Source of the DNA: a bacterium
Lineage (GTDB): Bacteria; JAAXHH01
Assembly (NCBI GenBank): GCA_963665755.1
Contig: OY762445.1
Coordinates: 619,007-683,006 of the forward strand
DNA: 64,000 nucleotides
Reading direction: 5' to 3'
This document shows positions 10,055-19,939 of the stretch, in pieces. The notes under the pieces were generated by a model. It was not told the DNA's origin. It did not search any database and saw only the letters and a program-made list of their open reading frames with translations. A program made the position numbers and the translations under genes. Positions within the stretch are counted from its first letter, which is position 1; every line of letters begins with the position of its first letter.

Positions 10055-11011
10055 TCAGTCGGTGCGGCATCCCGGATCACCCGCGCCTTCGGTCTTTGCC
10101 CGTTCGTAGACGACGGCGGCCACGGCCACGTCTTCCACGGCCAATCCCTGAGATTCGAAGAGGGTAATGTCATCCGAATCGATGCGGCCGGGCACGCGGC
10201 CGGCAACTACGTCGGCCAATTCGTGGACGCGGTCCCATTGAAGGAATCCCTTTTCCACCGATTCGAGCAGATCTCCACACTCCATCCTCGCCTGCTCTCT
10301 GGAATCGACGGTGACCACGCTGGCTCGCCTGACCGTCTCCGCATCGATTTCACTGCGCACGAGCGCATTGGAACCAGCGGCGTTCACATGGGTGCCCGGC
10401 GCAAGCCAGGCGCCTTCCAGCACAGGTCGCGCCGCGCTGGTGATCGTGATTGCCACATCCACTTCTTCAACACAGGCCCTGGCTGAATCAACCGGACGTA
10501 CCGGCACACCCAGGGCCTTGCTCATCTCGCTGCAATACGCCTCTCTCCGCGTCCGATCCCGTCCATAGGCTTTAACCCCCGTCACGTTGCGTATTTCGCA
10601 AACCGCAGCCAGCTGGCTTCGGGCCTGCCATCCCGTGCCAATCACCCCCACGGTAGCCGCGTCATCCCGCGCCATGTACTTCGTCGCCACGCCGCTCGCC
10701 GCGCCCGTTCGCATCTGGCCGAGCCGGTCGGCCTCGATCGCGACCAGCGGTTCGCCCGTGTCGGCTTTGAACAACACAACCAGGAATCTCGCACCGTGCC
10801 GCGTAGTCGTGTACGCTTTCAGTCCGGTGAGATTCAATTCCGGAATCCCCCCGGACATGACGTGGAGCGTATGGCCCGGAAACCGTACCCTCGAACGCGG
10901 GATGTTGACCGCCGATCCCGCGCCGAGTCCGCGGAACGCTTCTTCGACCGCGCGGACGGCCGCGTCCATGGACAGTAAACCTCTTACTTCTTCCTCTTTG
11001 ATGTACAACAT
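10055..11011 (-). CDS. ornithine cyclodeaminase/mu-crystallin family protein
   Basis: MLYIKEEEVRGLLSMDAAVRAVEEAF... plus a Rossmann motif VGVIGTGWQARSQL. I trimmed the ORF-track start (11185) to ATG 11011, because the extension runs through the tandem repeats and is R/G/P-rich. Confidence 0.85.
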   Translation of the reverse strand: MLYIKEEEVRGLLSMDAAVRAVEEAFRGLGAGSAVNIPRSRVRFPGHTLHVMSGGIPELNLTGLKAYTTTRHGARFLVVLFKADTGEPLVAIEADRLGQMRTGAASGVATKYMARDDAATVGVIGTGWQARSQLAAVCEIRNVTGVKAYGRDRTRREAYCSEMSKALGVPVRPVDSARACVEEVDVAITITSAARPVLEGAWLAPGTHVNAAGSNALVRSEIDAETVRRASVVTVDSREQARMECGDLLESVEKGFLQWDRVHELADVVAGRVPGRIDSDDITLFESQGLAVEDVAVAAVVYERAKTEGAGDPGCRTD

Positions 11012-11043
11012 GCATGCGCTCCGATTGGTTTGATAAACGGTTC

Positions 11044-11119
11044 CGGGAACTCCGCTGCCGGACGGGAACTCCGCTGCCGGACGGGAACTCCGCTGCTGGC
11101 CGACCCTCCGCTGGTAACA
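11044..11119. repeat. 19-bp tandem repeat, three good copies (CGGGAACTCCGCTGCCGGA) plus one degenerate copy
   Basis: Direct reading: 11044-11062 and 11063-11081 are identical, 11082-11100 has 3 mismatches, and 11101-11119 is degenerate. The array lies in the divergent intergenic region, 33 nt upstream of the OCD start. Confidence 0.9.
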
Positions 11120-11288
11120 GCGCGTGTTCAACCCGGAGCGGCCATGCCTCGGGCGAAAAGGCGGCGATCCCATACAGCACGCCATGATATCCGATCCTTC
11201 GACGGGATGTCAAGGCCAATGTAGCGGCTTAACCGCAAAGGACGCGCGTCTTGACAGTACCCGTGGGCGTGGTATCTTCAGCTTCGTC

Positions 11289-12524
11289 ATGCCTCTGCCC
11301 TTCCAAGCGTTTCGAGACCGGTTTCCCGCGCTCCAGTACCGCGATTTCCGCCTCCTGTGGTCCGGTCAGATCGTTTCGCTTACCGGATCCCGAATGCAGC
11401 AGACGGCCGTGTTGTGGCATATGTATTTGTTGACCGAATCCGCGTATGCTCTTGGCGCGATGGCAGTTATTAGACTCATACCCATCGTGGTTCTATCCCC
11501 GCTCGCCGGTGTGATCGCCGACACCCATGACCGCAAGCGCGTACTGCTCATCGCCCAGTACGGCCTCGCCCTGATCAGCACGACGCTGGCGTGGATCACC
11601 TGGTCGAGCCAGGATTCCCCCACCATGTTGTATGTGATCACCGCCATTAGCGCGGGGATCGGTTGCTTCAGTAACCCGGCCAAAAACGCCATGGTGCCGA
11701 ACCTGGTCGACCGGAGGCACCTGGCCAACGCCATGAGCATCAATATCACCGCCTCCCATGTCGCATCGGTGACCGGACCGGGCATTGCCGGCCTGATCCT
11801 GGCATCGGGCTCCATCGCGGCCGTTTACTGGATCAATACACTTTCATTTGTCTTCATGATCGTTCCGATCCTCATGTTGCGTTCCGATCACCGCAGCATT
11901 GGCGGCGTGACGCGGGTCAGTTTCGCGGCAGCGCTCGAGGGGCTGCGTTTCATACGGCGTTCGGCCATTATTCGCTCGGCGATGTTGCTGGACTTCACCG
12001 CCACGTTCTTTGCGTCCGCCACTTCGCTGCTGCCGATTTTCGCCGTGGAAGTGTTGGCCGTCGGGGAACAGGGGTACGGCCTGCTTACGGCGGCCCCGGC
12101 GATCGGCGCCGTGCTGACCGGCGCGCTCATGTCCACCTTCCCAGTGATTTCGGGCCAGGGACGGCTGTTATTCAAGGCGGTGGCGTGTTACGCGCTGGCC
12201 ACCGTGGTCTTCGGCATATCATCAAGCTTCTGGCTCACCTTCGCCGCGCTGTTCCTGACCGGGGCGTTCGATACGGTAAGTATGGTGCTGCGCCATACCG
12301 TCATGCAGCTGTCGACCCCGGACGAACTGCGCGGCCGCATGACTTCGGTGAACATGATTTTCGTCATGGGCGGACCCCGGCTCGGCGAAGCAGAAGCCGG
12401 CCTGGTGGCGGGACTCGCGGGAGCCCCCTTCTCCGTGATTACGGGTGGGATCGGATGCCTCGCGGCCGTCGCCGTCATAGCCTGGCGGTCTCCCACGTTG
12501 AGACGGTACGACGGCCATCGATGA
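11289..12524 (+). CDS. MFS transporter (EntS/MFS_3-like)
   Basis: About 12 TM segments with N-terminal FRLLWSGQIVSLTGSRMQ. I set the start at ATG 11289 (MPLPFQAF) rather than GTG 11124. Confidence 0.8.
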   Translation: MPLPFQAFRDRFPALQYRDFRLLWSGQIVSLTGSRMQQTAVLWHMYLLTESAYALGAMAVIRLIPIVVLSPLAGVIADTHDRKRVLLIAQYGLALISTTLAWITWSSQDSPTMLYVITAISAGIGCFSNPAKNAMVPNLVDRRHLANAMSINITASHVASVTGPGIAGLILASGSIAAVYWINTLSFVFMIVPILMLRSDHRSIGGVTRVSFAAALEGLRFIRRSAIIRSAMLLDFTATFFASATSLLPIFAVEVLAVGEQGYGLLTAAPAIGAVLTGALMSTFPVISGQGRLLFKAVACYALATVVFGISSSFWLTFAALFLTGAFDTVSMVLRHTVMQLSTPDELRGRMTSVNMIFVMGGPRLGEAEAGLVAGLAGAPFSVITGGIGCLAAVAVIAWRSPTLRRYDGHR

Positions 12525-12546
12525 CTCGGTTTCGAAAGGACCAGTT

Positions 12547-13398
12547 ATGATATACGATGTTCACTCGCACGCATGGCGGTACCCCGATCACTTCGACGAC
12601 ACCTTCCGTAACCAGGCGATCAGGATGCGGGGGTATGAGCTGGACTTGACTCCGGATTACGCGAGCTACCTGGCTTCCGCGCGGACCGCCGGCCAGCCCG
12701 TGAAAACCGTGGTCTTCGGCGGTAAGGCGAGGTTGTCGGGACTGTGGACGCCGGACAGTTACGTGGCGGCATACTGTGCGGAGTATCCCGATCAGACGAT
12801 CCCATTCATGTCGCTGGACCCCACCCAGGACGGATGGAGAGACGAGATGACCGAAGGACGGGAACACCTGGGCATGCGCGGCATCAAGCTATTGCCCATG
12901 TACGCGGGGTTCTATCCCCAGGACTCCGAGCTCGACGACCTGTGGCGGTACGCTGCCCGGAACGACCTTCCGGTGCTCCTGCATACCGGCACGACCTTCG
13001 TCGACCAGGCGCCCCTGGACTGCACCCTGCCGCGACACCTCGACGCGGTCGCCATCAAGTTTCCCGAAGGCAGGATCATCCTGGCCCACCTCGGCCATCC
13101 CTACGAAGGGGAAACCGTGGCAGTGATCCGCAAGCACCCCAATGTGTACGCCGATGTGTCCGCGCTGCACTACCGCCCCTTTCAGCTCTATCACAGTCTC
13201 ATGCTCGTCCAGGAATACGGGGTATGGAACAAGCTCCTCTTCGGTACCGATTACCCGGTCACGACGGTGGACGACACGCTTCGCGACCTGCGCGGACTGA
13301 ACGGCATGCTCGAAGGCACGGCCCTGCCTCGGCTGGACGAAGCGAAAATGGAGGAGATGATTCAACGGGACGCGGGGGAGATCATGGGGATTGACTGA
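12547..13398 (+). CDS. metal-dependent amidohydrolase (Amidohydrolase_2 family)
   Basis: 283 aa with N-terminal DVHSH, then LLHTG, HLGHP and GTDYP motifs of the TIM-barrel hydrolase family. Confidence 0.75.
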   Translation: MIYDVHSHAWRYPDHFDDTFRNQAIRMRGYELDLTPDYASYLASARTAGQPVKTVVFGGKARLSGLWTPDSYVAAYCAEYPDQTIPFMSLDPTQDGWRDEMTEGREHLGMRGIKLLPMYAGFYPQDSELDDLWRYAARNDLPVLLHTGTTFVDQAPLDCTLPRHLDAVAIKFPEGRIILAHLGHPYEGETVAVIRKHPNVYADVSALHYRPFQLYHSLMLVQEYGVWNKLLFGTDYPVTTVDDTLRDLRGLNGMLEGTALPRLDEAKMEEMIQRDAGEIMGID

Positions 13399-13454
13399 TC
13401 CCGCCGGGAGGGACGGGGGTAGTTCACGCTAAAGCGCACGCCTGACCGCGCTTC

Positions 13455-15224
13455 CTATCCTTCACCTGTCAGCCACTGCCAGAACCGGAAGGGTTCCGGT
13501 TTCTTTTTGGTGGGATCCTCGAAGACGTCCCTGGTGATATAGAGATTGGTCTGCAGGTTGGACATCAGTTCGCCGCGCCAGGCCCGGTAGCCCCACTGGT
13601 TGGGTTCCAGGGACACTCCCCGGACGAAGGGCTTCCACATCTGGTTGATCCTAATGTACCACAGGAAAATCCCGCCGGCTTCGTCGACCAGGATCCGCTC
13701 GGCGTCCCGGTACATGGCCATGCGGCCCTCCGGGTCGCCGACGAGTTCGTTGGCCTGCCTCACGAGTCGCTCGAAACGATCGTTGTGCCAGGCGTGCCGG
13801 CCATTCGAAAGCCAGATGGTAAGCAGGTTTCCCGCGTCGATGAAGTCATACTGGTAGGGGACCATCCCCAGGGTCAACTCCCGGTTGCTCATGGCGTCCA
13901 GGTAGACCTTCCGTTCCACGTTTCGTACACCGACATTCAGCGCGAGGTGCTGATTTAACATGGCTTGGACCGCCTCCGCGGCTGTCCGTATGTTTGCGGC
14001 CTCTCCGCGCAGCCAGATATTCACCTCCGGAAAACCGCGTCCGCCGGGATAGCCGGCCTCGGCGAGATAGCGTCGTGCGAGATCGGGATCGAATTTCTGC
14101 AGTGGGGCCAGTTCCTCCGTGTTGGAACCCGGGAAGCCGGGCGGCAGCATGGAGGAGGCCGGTATGCCGACGTCCCGCATGGCCGATTTGATGATGGCAT
14201 CGACATCGATGGCATGGGCGAAGGCCTTGCGTACGCGCACATCGTCGAACGGCGGGTTGTAGGTGTCCAGCATCAGGTAGTACGTGGAGAAGTCCGTATA
14301 GGCATTCAGTTGATCGCGCAGAACCCGATCCGCCTTGATCCGGTTGATTTCGGCCTGGTTGGTCAGGGGGACGTAGTCTACTTCGCCGGCTTCATAGGCG
14401 GAAAGAAACTGCGGGGGAACGGCCAAGTTGTACAACCGGGACACTACCCGTTCCAGCATGGGCCTGGTGGGACCACGGTAGTTCTGGTTGATTCCAAGCA
14501 CGATGCGGTCGCCCTTGATCCATTCGATCAGGCGGTATGGACCACTGCCGAAATGGGTTTCGGGCCGCGTCGCCCATTCAGGGCCGTATTTATCAAACAA
14601 ATGTGTCGGCGAAACCCAGCTTTTGGCGAGCAGGAGCGGCAGATAGGGCGTCGGACTTTCCGTCGTGAACGCCACGGTGTGTTCATCGAGGGCCTTGACG
14701 CCCAGGGAGTCGAGCGGAAGGCGTCGGCCAACGACGTCGGTCCAGTTTTTTATGGACCTGAAGTACCATTCGAAGTCGAAACCCGTCTCCGGATTCGCCC
14801 AGCGACGGAAGGTGGCCTCGTAGTCGCGGGCCGTCAGGGGATGGCCGTCCGCGAAGATCATTCCCTTGCGTATCTGGTAGGTCCAGGTCAGCCCGTCTTT
14901 GGACAGTTCCCACGAGGTGGCGCCCGCGGGCAACAGGTTGAAATCCCGGTCCACGCGGACGAGCGGTTCGGCCACCAGTCCCACCCCCCACGCCTGCTTA
15001 TAGGTGGAAGTGCCCCGGTCGAGGTACCGGTTGTCGGGTGAGAACTGGGTAAGGACCTGGAGTTCCGGCGGAGCGGCATCGGGAGGCAGCGTGACGCCGA
15101 ATGAATTTACATATCGTTCAGTCCCGCCGGCTTCCCTGTCGCCGTCATCCTGCAGGGCCAGGACGGATAGGCTGGCCAGCGCAAGGAACGCCCCGAGCAA
15201 GGGCAGAACGGCCACCATGTGCAT
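13455..15224 (-). CDS. ABC transporter substrate-binding protein, family 5 (peptide/nickel, DppA/OppA-like)
   Basis: About 590 aa with a signal peptide MHMVAVLPLLGAFLALASLSVLA and a family-5 SBP layout. No cognate permease or ATPase genes are adjacent. Confidence 0.85.
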   Translation of the reverse strand: MHMVAVLPLLGAFLALASLSVLALQDDGDREAGGTERYVNSFGVTLPPDAAPPELQVLTQFSPDNRYLDRGTSTYKQAWGVGLVAEPLVRVDRDFNLLPAGATSWELSKDGLTWTYQIRKGMIFADGHPLTARDYEATFRRWANPETGFDFEWYFRSIKNWTDVVGRRLPLDSLGVKALDEHTVAFTTESPTPYLPLLLAKSWVSPTHLFDKYGPEWATRPETHFGSGPYRLIEWIKGDRIVLGINQNYRGPTRPMLERVVSRLYNLAVPPQFLSAYEAGEVDYVPLTNQAEINRIKADRVLRDQLNAYTDFSTYYLMLDTYNPPFDDVRVRKAFAHAIDVDAIIKSAMRDVGIPASSMLPPGFPGSNTEELAPLQKFDPDLARRYLAEAGYPGGRGFPEVNIWLRGEAANIRTAAEAVQAMLNQHLALNVGVRNVERKVYLDAMSNRELTLGMVPYQYDFIDAGNLLTIWLSNGRHAWHNDRFERLVRQANELVGDPEGRMAMYRDAERILVDEAGGIFLWYIRINQMWKPFVRGVSLEPNQWGYRAWRGELMSNLQTNLYITRDVFEDPTKKKPEPFRFWQWLTGEG

Positions 15225-15502
15225 GCATCGCACGTTACGCAGGATGGACGCAGCCTGATAAAGTCGGAACAACGTCAGGTGTCCCTCAATCTACAGGTTG
15301 GATATTGTCATGGAGTCGATGGTGGATCTTACGGAATTCCAGTTGGACTGTCAACGATTTCGTCCCGTGACGGCGCACATAAAAACAGGTGACACGTAAC
15401 ATCTGGGCATTTACTCTATAAAGGTTCCGCCAGCGATGTAATCGCCTCCCGACTCAAGGCAAAGGGAGTCTGGAGGACGGATTCCACAGAAAGGAAGACA
15501 GC

Positions 15503-16522
15503 ATGCCTATCGCCACGAGACAACTGGGAACTACGAACGCCCACGTGACCGAACTGGGTTTCGGATCCGCGCCGCTTGGTGACCTGTTCCAGCCCGTCAC
15601 GGACGCCAAATCCCGCGCCACGCTGCGGGCGGCCTGGAGGGCAGGTATACGCTACTACGACACTTCGCCATGGTACGGCTACGGGAAGAGCGAACTGCGA
15701 CTGGGCGAGTTTCTGCGTCAGAAAAGCCACGATTCCTACGTGGTGTCCACCAAGGTCGGCCGCGTGTTCAAGGCAACCAGGGACCTCAAGAATTTCGACT
15801 ACGGCTTCTGGTGCGGCGGCCTGCCCTTCGATCACGTCTACGATTACAGCTACGACGGCCTCATGCGGTCCTACGAAGACAGCCTCATCCGATTCGGGGT
15901 ACACCGTGTCGATCTTCTGCTGATCCACGACCTGGATCCCTTCTATCACAACGAGGCCCAGATCCAGGCCTATCTCCATCAACTGTTCACCAGCGGCTGG
16001 CGCGCGCTGGCGGAGCTCAAGGCCTCGGGCGATATCAAGGGCGTGGGCGCGGGACTCAACAAGACCGGCATGATGCTGCGCTTCCTGGAGCTGATGCCGC
16101 TGGACTTCTTCATCGTGGCGATGCCTTACACCCTGCTGGACCAGGAGGCCCTCGACCGGGAGCTTCCCCGGTGCGTGGAAGACGGGATCGGCATCGTGAT
16201 CGGCGCCGTCTTTGCTTCGGGGATCCTGGTCACCGGTCCCACGGAAAACTCGACCTATGGTTACATGCCCGCGACGCCGGAAATCATGGAGAAGACACGG
16301 CGCATCCAGGCGGTCTGCGAACGGCACGGCGTGCCGCTGGCCGCGGCTGCCCTGCAGTTTCCGCTGTTTCACCCGGCAGTCGCGTCCGTCATCCCCGGTG
16401 CGATCAGGCCGGAATACGTAGAATCGAACCTGTCAAACTACCAGCACGAGATTCCCGTGGATCTATGGGCCGAATTGAAATCGGACGGGTTGATACGTGA
16501 AGACGCTCCGACTCCCGGGTAA
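15503..16522 (+). CDS. aldo/keto reductase
   Basis: 339 aa containing LGFGSAPLGDL, YYDTSPWYGYGKSE and LLLIHD, which are AKR catalytic-tetrad context motifs. Confidence 0.85.
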   Translation: MPIATRQLGTTNAHVTELGFGSAPLGDLFQPVTDAKSRATLRAAWRAGIRYYDTSPWYGYGKSELRLGEFLRQKSHDSYVVSTKVGRVFKATRDLKNFDYGFWCGGLPFDHVYDYSYDGLMRSYEDSLIRFGVHRVDLLLIHDLDPFYHNEAQIQAYLHQLFTSGWRALAELKASGDIKGVGAGLNKTGMMLRFLELMPLDFFIVAMPYTLLDQEALDRELPRCVEDGIGIVIGAVFASGILVTGPTENSTYGYMPATPEIMEKTRRIQAVCERHGVPLAAAALQFPLFHPAVASVIPGAIRPEYVESNLSNYQHEIPVDLWAELKSDGLIREDAPTPG

Positions 16523-16525
16523 CCG

Positions 16526-17269
16526 TTGATGGAATTCGAACTCTGGCAACTGTTCCTGCTCGCCGGCGTGGGTGTTCTTTCAGGCTTCCTGAACGTCATG
16601 GCCGGCGGCGGATCTCTGCTGGCCCTCCCCGTCCTCATCTTCATGGGGCTCCCCGGCAACGTGGCCAACGGCACCAACCGCGTGGCCATCGTCGCCCAGA
16701 ACGTTTCCGCCTTCACCAGTTTCTTCAGGAAAGGGTATTCGGAGTTACGCACGATGCTGACCCTTGCGCTTTGCGCGGTACCTGGGGCGGCGATGGGAGC
16801 GTACCTGGGTACCCAGGTCAGCGGCGAACTGTTCAATCGGATCCTCGGCGGCCTGATGATCGTGCTGCTGATCCTGATGAGCAGGAAACAGCGTGACGTG
16901 GCAGTAATCGAAAAACCCCGGAGACTGGTACTGGGCCACTTCCTGATGGTCGCAGTGGGATTCTACGGCGGATTCATCCAGGCCGGCGTCGGGTTTATAC
17001 TCATGGCGGTGCTTTACCGTGTCGTCGGACTTGACCTCGTCCGGGTCAATGCTTACAAGGTATTCATCATAGGCATTTATACCCTGGTGGCGCTGGCCAT
17101 ATTCGCGGACAAGGGACAGGTGCTCTGGCTTGCCGGGGCCAGCCTGGCCGTTGGCACCACGACCGGTGGATGGATCGGCGCTCACTTCACCGTCAAACGG
17201 GGCGAACGGCTGATCCGCGTCATCCTTAACGTGGTGCTGGTCGTTATGGCCATAAGACTGCTGTTCTAA
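16526..17269 (+). CDS. TauE/SafE-family anion (sulfite/sulfonate) exporter
   Basis: 247 aa, 7-8 TM segments, with GGGSLLALPVLIFMG typical of DUF81/TauE. It starts 3 nt after the AKR stop. Confidence 0.8.
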   Translation: MMEFELWQLFLLAGVGVLSGFLNVMAGGGSLLALPVLIFMGLPGNVANGTNRVAIVAQNVSAFTSFFRKGYSELRTMLTLALCAVPGAAMGAYLGTQVSGELFNRILGGLMIVLLILMSRKQRDVAVIEKPRRLVLGHFLMVAVGFYGGFIQAGVGFILMAVLYRVVGLDLVRVNAYKVFIIGIYTLVALAIFADKGQVLWLAGASLAVGTTTGGWIGAHFTVKRGERLIRVILNVVLVVMAIRLLF

Positions 17270-17290
17270 TCCCGATTACCGGAGGTCGGC

Positions 17291-18703
17291 ATGGCTGATA
17301 CGTCAGGCGGGTCCCGGCCAAATGTCGTACTTTGCATTTGCGACCAGCTACGCGCTTTCGAACTGGGATGCTACGGGAACGAGGTCGTCCGGACACCCCA
17401 CCTGGACCGACTGGCGACAGAAGGCGTCCGTTTCGAAACGGCGGTCAGCAACAACCCCGTCTGCATGCCCGCGAGATCCTGTCTCATGACCGGCCAGTAC
17501 AGCCGGACCTGCATGGGCATGCTGGGCAACTACGCAGAGCGGAACGAGGATGGATCGACGACGATGCCGGAGTATCCCGCGGCGGGCCGTCCCCACCTGC
17601 CCGCGCCTACGCTGCCCGAGATGTTTAAAAGCCTTGGTTACGATACGGCGCTGATCGGGAAATGGCATATCCACTCCGCACCCGGTACATCAGGATTCGA
17701 TTACAGCCTCTATCCACGGGTTCACCACCGGCACAGTGGACAGTCTTTCGTGGAAAACGATGGAGAGGAGTTCCAGGTAGACGGGTTCAGCGTCGGCTTC
17801 GAATCCGACCAGGTCGGGGGCTACTTGCGAGACCGGGAAAACACTGAAAAGCCCTTTTTCCTCTACTACAGCATATCTCCACCCCACATGCCCCTGATGG
17901 ATGCGCCCGAAACATACCTGGAAATGTACGATCCCGATGATATCCCCTTGCGGCCCAATGTCTTCCGGAACGGAGAACTACCATACGACGAGCACTGGTT
18001 CAGGGTCTACCTTTGGGACTTTCTCTTCTACGAACAAAACCTGCCGTTCACACGCATGCTGCCCTCCGGATTCGATCTACGGCACCTGATCGCCCTCTAT
18101 TACGGCATGACGTCCTGGGTCGACGACATGGTCGGCCGGCTCATGCGTTTTCTCAGGGCTTACCACCACGCGGAAAACACCATCGTCGTTTTCCTCTCCG
18201 ACCACGGCGACAACCTCGGCAGCCACCATTTGTTCAACAAGGGCCGCCTGATCGAAGAATCCATCCGCATCCCGCTGGTCTTTCACGCGCCGAACCTTCT
18301 TCAACCCCGGGTCAACACGACCTCGACGGCCCAGATCATCGACCTTATGCCCACCCTCCTGTCCCTTTGCGGCGGTCCCGCTCCAGCCCACGTCCAGGGG
18401 AGAAACCTGGCCGGAACGATTTCGACTGGAGAAGCCCAGGGAGAAGATGGCGCATTCATAGAGACGGGTAGAGGGGAAATCGGACTGCGGACGACGACCC
18501 ACACGTACGGGATTCGTATCGATACGAAGACTGGCCGCGTACTGGACGACCGGGCAGGTTTTTACGATTTGCGGACCGACCCCTACCAGATGACCAACCT
18601 GCGGAATACGGCCCTCGAGGACAATCTGGCAGCCGGCCTACGGGACCGGGTACTCTCCTGGCACCACGAAACGCCCTGGATGCACAGCGGTTCATTGGTC
18701 TGA
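17291..18703 (+). CDS. Cys-type (formylglycine-dependent) sulfatase
   Basis: 470 aa with the sulfatase signature NNPVCMPARSCLMTGQ (C-x-P-x-R), then GKWH, LSDHGD and a C-terminal YDLRTDPYQMTNL. Confidence 0.85.
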   Translation: MADTSGGSRPNVVLCICDQLRAFELGCYGNEVVRTPHLDRLATEGVRFETAVSNNPVCMPARSCLMTGQYSRTCMGMLGNYAERNEDGSTTMPEYPAAGRPHLPAPTLPEMFKSLGYDTALIGKWHIHSAPGTSGFDYSLYPRVHHRHSGQSFVENDGEEFQVDGFSVGFESDQVGGYLRDRENTEKPFFLYYSISPPHMPLMDAPETYLEMYDPDDIPLRPNVFRNGELPYDEHWFRVYLWDFLFYEQNLPFTRMLPSGFDLRHLIALYYGMTSWVDDMVGRLMRFLRAYHHAENTIVVFLSDHGDNLGSHHLFNKGRLIEESIRIPLVFHAPNLLQPRVNTTSTAQIIDLMPTLLSLCGGPAPAHVQGRNLAGTISTGEAQGEDGAFIETGRGEIGLRTTTHTYGIRIDTKTGRVLDDRAGFYDLRTDPYQMTNLRNTALEDNLAAGLRDRVLSWHHETPWMHSGSLV

Positions 18704-18723
18704 CTCGAAAAAACGGAATACCC

Positions 18724-19929
18724 ATGAACGAGACGAGCCGGATTGGCAATAACCGACTGATCGCGTTGCTGTTCGGCATCATGTTCGTAGCCGTGGCGGA
18801 CAACCAGATGATCTCCCCGCTCCTGCCCGACCTGATGTCCGCTTTCGGCATGGACGCGGGACAGGCCGGATTGCTGGTCTCGGTTTATGCGATCGCAGCT
18901 GCGGCCGTCTCCTTCGGCCTCGGTCCCCTGTCGGACAGCTGGGGCCGAAGGAAGATGCTGTTCGCCGGGTTGATCGTGTTCACCGCGGCGACCCTGATGT
19001 GCGGCCTGGCTTGGGACTATGCTTCGATGGTAGCCTTCCGAGCCGTCACGGGTGCGGCCGCGGGAATCCTCTCACTGAACGTAACCGCGAGTATCGGGGA
19101 CCACTTTCCCTACAAGCGGCGGGGAGCCGCCATGGGCATGGTAATGTCGGGGTACTTCACGGCCATGATCCTGGGCGTGCCGGCAGGGGCCATTATTGCC
19201 GAGGCGTGGTCCTGGCGGTGGGCCTTTTGCGCATTTGCGGGCGCCGGACTCTTATTATGGTTGCCGGCGCTGGCCGTTTTACCCTCGAGGGCCCAGGTTG
19301 TACGCGGTGCCAACATAATCGACATGGTGAAGCGTTATCGTCAATTCCTCGTTCGCACCGGCCCGCTCTCGGTCGTTGCGGCGTCGTTTCTCGTATCGGC
19401 TTCCACGGTCGGTTTCATCACTTTCGTGGGGACCTGGCTGCGGGACACATACGGACTTTCGACCGACTGGATCGGCATGATATTTCTCTTCAGCGGCCTG
19501 GGCGCACTGCTGGGCAGTCCATTGGCCGGACATCTCTCGGACCGGGTGGGGAAGAGGAGGATCGTCGTGGGAAGCGGGCTGGCGATGGCCTTTCTGCTGG
19601 CCGGTATACCGTGGATTACCGATCTGCTGCCGGTGGTATTCGCCGGGTTCATATTGACCGGCATCGCAGGGGCGTTTCGCCACGCGCCGCTGCAGGCACT
19701 GGTCACGGCCATGGCGACGGACGAGGAACGCGGCACCTTGATCGCGCTGAAGAACACCGTGGCGGAAATCGGCATCGCGACCGGAACGGCGCTGTGCGGC
19801 GTGCTTTACGTCGCCTTCGGATATGGATCCGTCGGCGCGGCCTGCGGCGTCATGGCCGCTGCCGCGTCCCTCATCATCCTGCGCTGGGTGAGCGAACCGG
19901 GCGAACCGGACAAAACGGGACCGGGTTAG
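18724..19929 (+). CDS. MFS transporter
   Basis: 401 aa, 12 TM segments, with the loop motif GPLSDSWGRRKML. Confidence 0.8.
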   Translation: MNETSRIGNNRLIALLFGIMFVAVADNQMISPLLPDLMSAFGMDAGQAGLLVSVYAIAAAAVSFGLGPLSDSWGRRKMLFAGLIVFTAATLMCGLAWDYASMVAFRAVTGAAAGILSLNVTASIGDHFPYKRRGAAMGMVMSGYFTAMILGVPAGAIIAEAWSWRWAFCAFAGAGLLLWLPALAVLPSRAQVVRGANIIDMVKRYRQFLVRTGPLSVVAASFLVSASTVGFITFVGTWLRDTYGLSTDWIGMIFLFSGLGALLGSPLAGHLSDRVGKRRIVVGSGLAMAFLLAGIPWITDLLPVVFAGFILTGIAGAFRHAPLQALVTAMATDEERGTLIALKNTVAEIGIATGTALCGVLYVAFGYGSVGAACGVMAAAASLIILRWVSEPGEPDKTGPG

Positions 19930-19939
19930 ACTCGATGGA

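Noticed and set aside
10055-11288. The long N-terminal extensions of the OCD ORF (to 11185) and the MFS ORF (from 11124), which would overlap each other on opposite strands.
   Set aside because: The extensions run through the tandem repeat, are R/G/P-rich, and precede internal ATG starts where family homology begins (MLYIKEEEVRG at 11011; MPLPFQAF at 11289).
13965-15041. Long shadow ORFs antisense to, or out of frame with, well-supported genes: 13965..15041(+), 15416..16372(-), 20766..21956(+), 25210..26184(+), 32603..33727(-), 40176..41000(+), 44134..45138(+), 50682..52049(-), 56043..57071(-), 57419..58828(-) and 5517..6593(+).
   Set aside because: Each overlaps a gene with clear family motifs. 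Their translations are R/G/P/A/H-rich with no recognisable motifs. Long stop-free alternative frames are expected in DNA of 60-70% GC.
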